This document shows, piece after piece, positions 59,560 through 64,000 of a stretch of DNA of 64,000 bases; position 1 is the first letter of the stretch; every line of letters starts with the position of its first letter. Origin of the DNA: an uncultured Gemmatimonadales bacterium (lineage in GTDB: Bacteria; Gemmatimonadota; Gemmatimonadetes; Longimicrobiales; Longimicrobiaceae); contig OY970303.1 in NCBI GenBank assembly GCA_963716255.1, positions 4,288,001-4,352,000 on the forward strand, in the 5' to 3' direction. The position numbers were made by a program, and so were the translations under genes. The notes below the pieces were generated by a model. That model saw nothing but the letters and a program-made list of their open reading frames with translations. It was not told the DNA's origin and searched no databases.

Positions 59560-62500
59560 GCGGCCTCGGAACGGCCTGGAAGGGCGGGATTCGGGCGTGT
59601 CCCCGGCTGGCGCCGGGGTCGGGCTTCGGCTCCGTAACGCACGATAAAACCGTGCGTAACGGAGTCGAGCCCCGGCAAACAGCCGCCGGGTCTCGCCCCT
59701 TCGGGCCGAAATCCCTCACGCGGGTTTGGCGCTGGCGTCCGCGGGGGTGGGCCCCCTCACCCCCCGGCCCCCTCTCCCCCGCAAGCGGGGGAAAGGGGGA
59801 GAACGGCCACGACACGCCGCAAGTCGAGGCTCAGGAAGCCCTCCCCCAGAATTGGGGGAGGGTGGCGGCTCGGAGGCCGCCGGGTGGGGGCCCCGCCGAG
59901 GGCTCGCCCGGGAGCACGTTCCGCAGTGCTCCCCTCCCCCTTGCGGGGAGGGGGTCGCTGTTGCCGTTCCTGCTCCCGCTCGCCCTCGCGCTCCTGTCCG
60001 CCTGCGCACCCGCTGCCGTCCCGGCACCTGCAGGTCCCGCCACGTCGCCCGCCGCGTCGCCGGCCCAGTCCCCCGTGCAGGCCGGGCTGCGGGACGACTT
60101 CGAGTCGCTGGAGGGGTGGAGCGCGCACCCGGCGGAGGGGGTGGAGCTGAGGATCGGGCAGGACGCGGGGTTCCAGGGGCGGGCCATGCGCCTGGACTTC
60201 GACTTCCACGGGGGGGCGGGGTACGCCATCGCCCGGCGGCGGCTCCCGGTGAAGCTGCCGTACGACTACGAGTTCTCCTTCCGCATCCGGGCGGAGGCGC
60301 CGGTCAACAACCTGGAGTTCAAGCTCCTCGACCCCGGCGGCGAGAACGTGTGGTGGGTCAACCGCCGCAGCTTCGACTTCCCGCGCGAGTGGCGCACGGT
60401 GCGCGTGCGCAAGCGTCACCTGGAGTTCGCCTGGGGGCCGCGCGGCGGCGGGGAGCCGGACACGCTGTCCGCGCTGGAGATCGTGGTGGCGGCGGGGACG
60501 GGAGGGAAGGGCACGGTGTGGATCGACGACCTGGTCCTGCGCCCGCGCCGGGAGCCCCTGCCGTACGTGGTCCTGCCGGTGCCAGGGGCCTCGTCGTCCG
60601 CGGACGGAGCGGAGGCGGCGCGGGCGCTGGACCGCGACACGCTCACGGCGTGGCGGAGCGCCGCGGACGGGGAGCAGCGGTGGGAGGTGGACTTCCGGGA
60701 CGGCGAGGAGCTGGGCGGCGCCACGCTTCACTGGGACCCGCTGGACTACGCCACCGCGTACGCGGTGGAAGTCTCGGAGGACGGCGCGCGCTGGGAGACC
60801 GCCTGGCGCGTGGAGGGCGGCGACGGCGGGCGCGACCCGCTGTACCTCCCGGAGACGGAAGCGCGCCGCGTCCGCCTGCGCCTGCTGCGCAGCAGCCGCG
60901 GACGCGGCTACGCCCTGCGCGAGGTCATGCTGCGGCCGCCGGAGTGGAGCGCCACGCCCAACGCCTTCTGGGCCTCGCTCGCGAAGGAGGCGCCGCGGGG
61001 CGCGTACCCGCGCTACCTCACCGGCGAGCAGTCGTACTGGACCCTCCTGGGCGTCAGCGGCGCCCTGCGCGAGGCGCTGATCAACACCGACGGCGCGGTG
61101 GAAACGGGGCTGGGCGGTCCCTCGCTGGAGCCCTTTCTGTACGCGGACGGGCGGCTGGTGACGTGGAGCGACACGCGCGCCACGCAGTCGCTGGCCCGGG
61201 GCTACCTCCCCATCCCTTCCGTCGACTGGGAGGCGGGGCCGCTGCGGCTGCGGGTGACCGCCTTCGCCGTGGGCGCGCCGGACGCATCCACCGTGTACGC
61301 GCGCTACCGGGTCGAGAACCGCGGCGCAGAGCCGCGGGACGTGCGCCTGTTCCTGGCGCTGCGGCCCTTCCAGGTGAACCCTCCCTGGCAGTTCCTGAAC
61401 GTGCTGGGCGGCGCCGCGCGCGTCCGCGAGATCGCCTGGGACGGCGAGGCGGTGTCGGTGAACGGCGCGCGGACGGTGCTGCCCGTGACGCCGCCGGGCG
61501 GCTTCGGCGCCACCCCGTTCGAGCGCGGGGAGATCGTGGAGCACCTGCGCGCCGGGCGGCTCCCGGAGGCCGTGTCCGCGGTGGACGCGCGGGGCTTCGC
61601 GTCGGGCGCGCTGGCGTACCCGCTCGCCGTCCCGGCGGGCGGATCGCGCGAGGTCGTCGTCGCCATCCCGCTCCAGCCCGGCTCGCCGGTGGCGCGCGCC
61701 GCGGGCGGCGAGGATCCCGCGCGGCTGGCGGCGCGGCTGGAGGAGGAAGCGGCGCGGGGGTGGGAGGCGGAGCTGGGGCGCTTCACGCTGCGCCTCCCCG
61801 CGGCCATGCACGGCGAGGAGATCGCGAACACGCTGCGGACGCAGCTCGCGTACATCCTCGTCAACCGCGACGGTCCCTCCATCCAGCCCGGCTCGCGCTC
61901 GTACGACCGCTCGTGGATCCGCGACGGCTCGCTGACCTCGGCGGCGCTGCTGCGGCTGGGGCACCCGGAGGAGGTGAAGGCGTTCGCGGAGTGGTACGCG
62001 CCCCACCAGCGCGCCAGCGGATACGTCCCCTGCTGCGTCAGCTTCACCGGCGCGGACCCGGTGCCCGAGCACGACAGCCACGGCCAGCTCGTCTACCTGG
62101 TCGCCGAGTACCACCGGCACACCGGCGACCGGGCGTTCCTGGAGCGCATGTGGCCGCACGTGGAGCGCGCGGCGGCGTACATCGACACGCTGCGCCGCGA
62201 GCGCATGACCGCGGAGTACCGCACGCCGGAGAAGCGCGCCTTCTACGGGCTGCTGCCGCAGTCCATCAGCCACGAGGGGTACTCGGCGAAGCCCATGCAC
62301 TCGTACTGGGACGACTTCTTCGCGTATCGCGGGCTGGACGACGCGGTGTACGTGGCCGGCGCGCTGGGCCGCACCGCCGACCGCGCGCGCTTCGCCGCCG
62401 CGCGCGACGCCTTCCGCCGCGACCTGCTGGCCTCGCTGCGGCTGTCCATGGCGGCGCACGGCATCGACTTCCTCCCCGGCTCGGTGGAGCTGGGCGACTT

Positions 62501-63182
62501 CGACGCCACCTCCACCACCGTGGGGCTGGTGCCGGGCGGGCTGGAGGGCGAGCTGCCGCGGGACGCGCTGCTCGCCACCTTCGAGCGCTACTACCGCGAG
62601 AGCATCCGCGCGCGCCGCGAGGGCGGCGCGTGGGACGCCTACACGCCGTACGAGTGGCGCGCGGTGGGCACCTTCGTTCGGCTGGGCTGGAAGGACCGCG
62701 CCCACGAGGCCATCGACCTGTTCTTCGGCCACCGGCGGCCGGCGGCGTGGAACCAGTGGGCGGAGGTGGTCTTCCGCGACCCCCGGACCCCCAGGTTCAT
62801 CGGCGACATGCCGCACACCTGGGTGGGGTCGGACTTCATCCGCTCCGTGCTGGACCTGTTCGCGTACGAGCGCGCCGCGGACGGGGCGCTGGTGGTGGGC
62901 GCGGGGATCCCGGCCGCGTGGGCGGAGGAGGCCCCCGGGGCGACGGTGGAGCGGCTGCGCACGCACTACGGGCCGCTGGACCTGCGCGTGCGTTCGGAGG
63001 GGACCACGGTGCGCGTGCACGTGGGCGGCGAGGGGCTGCGGGTGCCGCCGGGCGGGGTGGTGGTGCGGTCGCCGCTGGACCGCCCCATCCGCCGCGCCAC
63101 GGTGAACGGCCGCGCGGTGCGGCCTTCGGATCACGAGATCACGGTCCGCCGGCTCCCGGCGGAGATCGTGATGGAGCACTGA
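59556..63182 (+). CDS. Discoidin (F5/8 type C) plus six-hairpin glycosidase-like lipoprotein; N-terminus repeat-derived, true start uncertain
   Basis: Lipobox LSAC; ALDRD..TAW; QPGSRSYDRSWIRDG; SISHEGY; NQWAEV; GDMPHTW. Confidence 0.82.
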   Translation: MSGLGTAWKGGIRACPRLAPGSGFGSVTHDKTVRNGVEPRQTAAGSRPFGPKSLTRVWRWRPRGWAPSPPGPLSPASGGKGENGHDTPQVEAQEALPQNWGRVAARRPPGGGPAEGSPGSTFRSAPLPLAGRGSLLPFLLPLALALLSACAPAAVPAPAGPATSPAASPAQSPVQAGLRDDFESLEGWSAHPAEGVELRIGQDAGFQGRAMRLDFDFHGGAGYAIARRRLPVKLPYDYEFSFRIRAEAPVNNLEFKLLDPGGENVWWVNRRSFDFPREWRTVRVRKRHLEFAWGPRGGGEPDTLSALEIVVAAGTGGKGTVWIDDLVLRPRREPLPYVVLPVPGASSSADGAEAARALDRDTLTAWRSAADGEQRWEVDFRDGEELGGATLHWDPLDYATAYAVEVSEDGARWETAWRVEGGDGGRDPLYLPETEARRVRLRLLRSSRGRGYALREVMLRPPEWSATPNAFWASLAKEAPRGAYPRYLTGEQSYWTLLGVSGALREALINTDGAVETGLGGPSLEPFLYADGRLVTWSDTRATQSLARGYLPIPSVDWEAGPLRLRVTAFAVGAPDASTVYARYRVENRGAEPRDVRLFLALRPFQVNPPWQFLNVLGGAARVREIAWDGEAVSVNGARTVLPVTPPGGFGATPFERGEIVEHLRAGRLPEAVSAVDARGFASGALAYPLAVPAGGSREVVVAIPLQPGSPVARAAGGEDPARLAARLEEEAARGWEAELGRFTLRLPAAMHGEEIANTLRTQLAYILVNRDGPSIQPGSRSYDRSWIRDGSLTSAALLRLGHPEEVKAFAEWYAPHQRASGYVPCCVSFTGADPVPEHDSHGQLVYLVAEYHRHTGDRAFLERMWPHVERAAAYIDTLRRERMTAEYRTPEKRAFYGLLPQSISHEGYSAKPMHSYWDDFFAYRGLDDAVYVAGALGRTADRARFAAARDAFRRDLLASLRLSMAAHGIDFLPGSVELGDFDATSTTVGLVPGGLEGELPRDALLATFERYYRESIRARREGGAWDAYTPYEWRAVGTFVRLGWKDRAHEAIDLFFGHRRPAAWNQWAEVVFRDPRTPRFIGDMPHTWVGSDFIRSVLDLFAYERAADGALVVGAGIPAAWAEEAPGATVERLRTHYGPLDLRVRSEGTTVRVHVGGEGLRVPPGGVVVRSPLDRPIRRATVNGRAVRPSDHEITVRRLPAEIVMEH
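59593..59721 (+). repeat. Family A element in frame within the 5' end of the glycosidase ORF
   Basis: Full copy; no stop in the ORF frame. Confidence 0.92.
59752..59953. repeat. Cluster of CCCCTC(T)CCC...GGGGAGGG palindromes (family E)
   Basis: Three related palindromes; 59832-59867 identical to 28649-28684; related sequence near 36935-36990. Confidence 0.75.
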
Positions 63183-63186
63183 AAGG

Positions 63187-64000
63187 ATGGACGAGCAGAA
63201 CGGAACCGACGCGCCGGGGAGCCGCGTGCTTTCCAACGGGCGCTGGTCGACGATCGTGACCGCGGCCGGCGGAGGCTTCTCCGCCTGGGAGGGGTACGCG
63301 CTCACCCGCTGGGCGCCCGACCGCACGCGCGACGCGGACGGCTTCTTCGTCTACCTGCGGAACGCGGAGGGCCGCGTGTGGTCCGCGGGGCTCCAGCCGG
63401 TGGGGCGCGGGGCGGACCGCTACGGCGCGCGCTCCGGGCCCGGCCGTGCGGAGATCGTCCGCGTGGACGGAGAGATCGAGACGCGCCTGGAGGTGTGCGT
63501 CGCGCCGGCGGACGACGTGGAGCTGCGCCGCGTCACCCTGGTCAACCACGGGGACCGCGCCCGCGCGGTGGAGCTGACCACGTACGCGGAGGTGGTCCTC
63601 AACACGCCCGCGGGGGACGCGGGGCACCCGGCCTTCTCCAAGCTGTTCGTGCAGACGGGATGGTGGGAGGAGCGGGAGGCGCTGGTCGCCTGGCGCCGCC
63701 CGCGCAGCCCGGAGGACGAGCCGCTGTGGCTGGCGCACCGGCTCGTGGGCGATGGAGTGATCGTGGGGCACGAGACCGACCGCGCGCGCTTCCTGGGCCG
63801 GGGGCGGACGACCGCCGCTCCCGCCGCGCTGGACGTGGGCACGATGCTCTCGGGCACGGTGGGTAACGTGCTGGACCCGGTGTTCGCGCTGCGCCGCTTT
63901 GTCGTGCTTTCGCCGGGGTCCCCCGCGAGCGTGGTCGCGGTGCTCGCCGCGGGGCGTACCCGCGAGGCGGTGGAGGCGCTGCTGGACCGCTACGCCGCGC
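63187..64000 (+). CDS. GH94 glycoside phosphorylase N-terminal domain (cyclic beta-1,2-glucan synthase/phosphorylase-like), runs off the window
   Basis: LSNGRWSTIVTAAGGGFS; TRW..D; ELTTYAEVVL; HPAFSKLFVQT; ETDRARFLGRG. Confidence 0.88.
   Translation, partial: MDEQNGTDAPGSRVLSNGRWSTIVTAAGGGFSAWEGYALTRWAPDRTRDADGFFVYLRNAEGRVWSAGLQPVGRGADRYGARSGPGRAEIVRVDGEIETRLEVCVAPADDVELRRVTLVNHGDRARAVELTTYAEVVLNTPAGDAGHPAFSKLFVQTGWWEEREALVAWRRPRSPEDEPLWLAHRLVGDGVIVGHETDRARFLGRGRTTAAPAALDVGTMLSGTVGNVLDPVFALRRFVVLSPGSPASVVAVLAAGRTREAVEALLDRYAA

Overview
High-GC bacterial chromosomal window. Gene content and style suggest Gemmatimonadota (Longimicrobium-like); this is inference only. Housekeeping blocks: lipA-uma2-pdhABC (pdhA frameshifted), argC-B-D-argA-like-G-H behind ARG boxes, metK, nfi, yjbQ, and a LacI/TonB/GH144/ABC/GH94 locus probably for beta-1,2-glucan use. 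No rRNA, tRNA, CRISPR array or transposase was seen. The most interesting signals are mostly non-coding. (1) A ~130-nt dispersed element has 10 copies or fragments; its hairpins show clear compensatory base changes, its termini are Flavo-1-like, and two copies lie in frame in the 5' ends of lipoprotein genes. (2) There are two tandem regulatory leaders: SAM-II plus a SAM-V-like pseudoknot, each followed by a terminator-type hairpin, before metK; and SAM-II plus a Thr/Cys/Met-rich uORF attenuator before a truncated homoserine dehydrogenase. (3) A compact operon encodes a secreted 8-Cys peptide with a beta-propeller lipoprotein and a degenerate thioredoxin-fold protein. Also present: a TIR-TM-WD40 protein, a B3 metallo-beta-lactamase with Glu at the first zinc ligand, and an LmtA-like methyltransferase. 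All calls come from reading motifs by eye; no database search was run.
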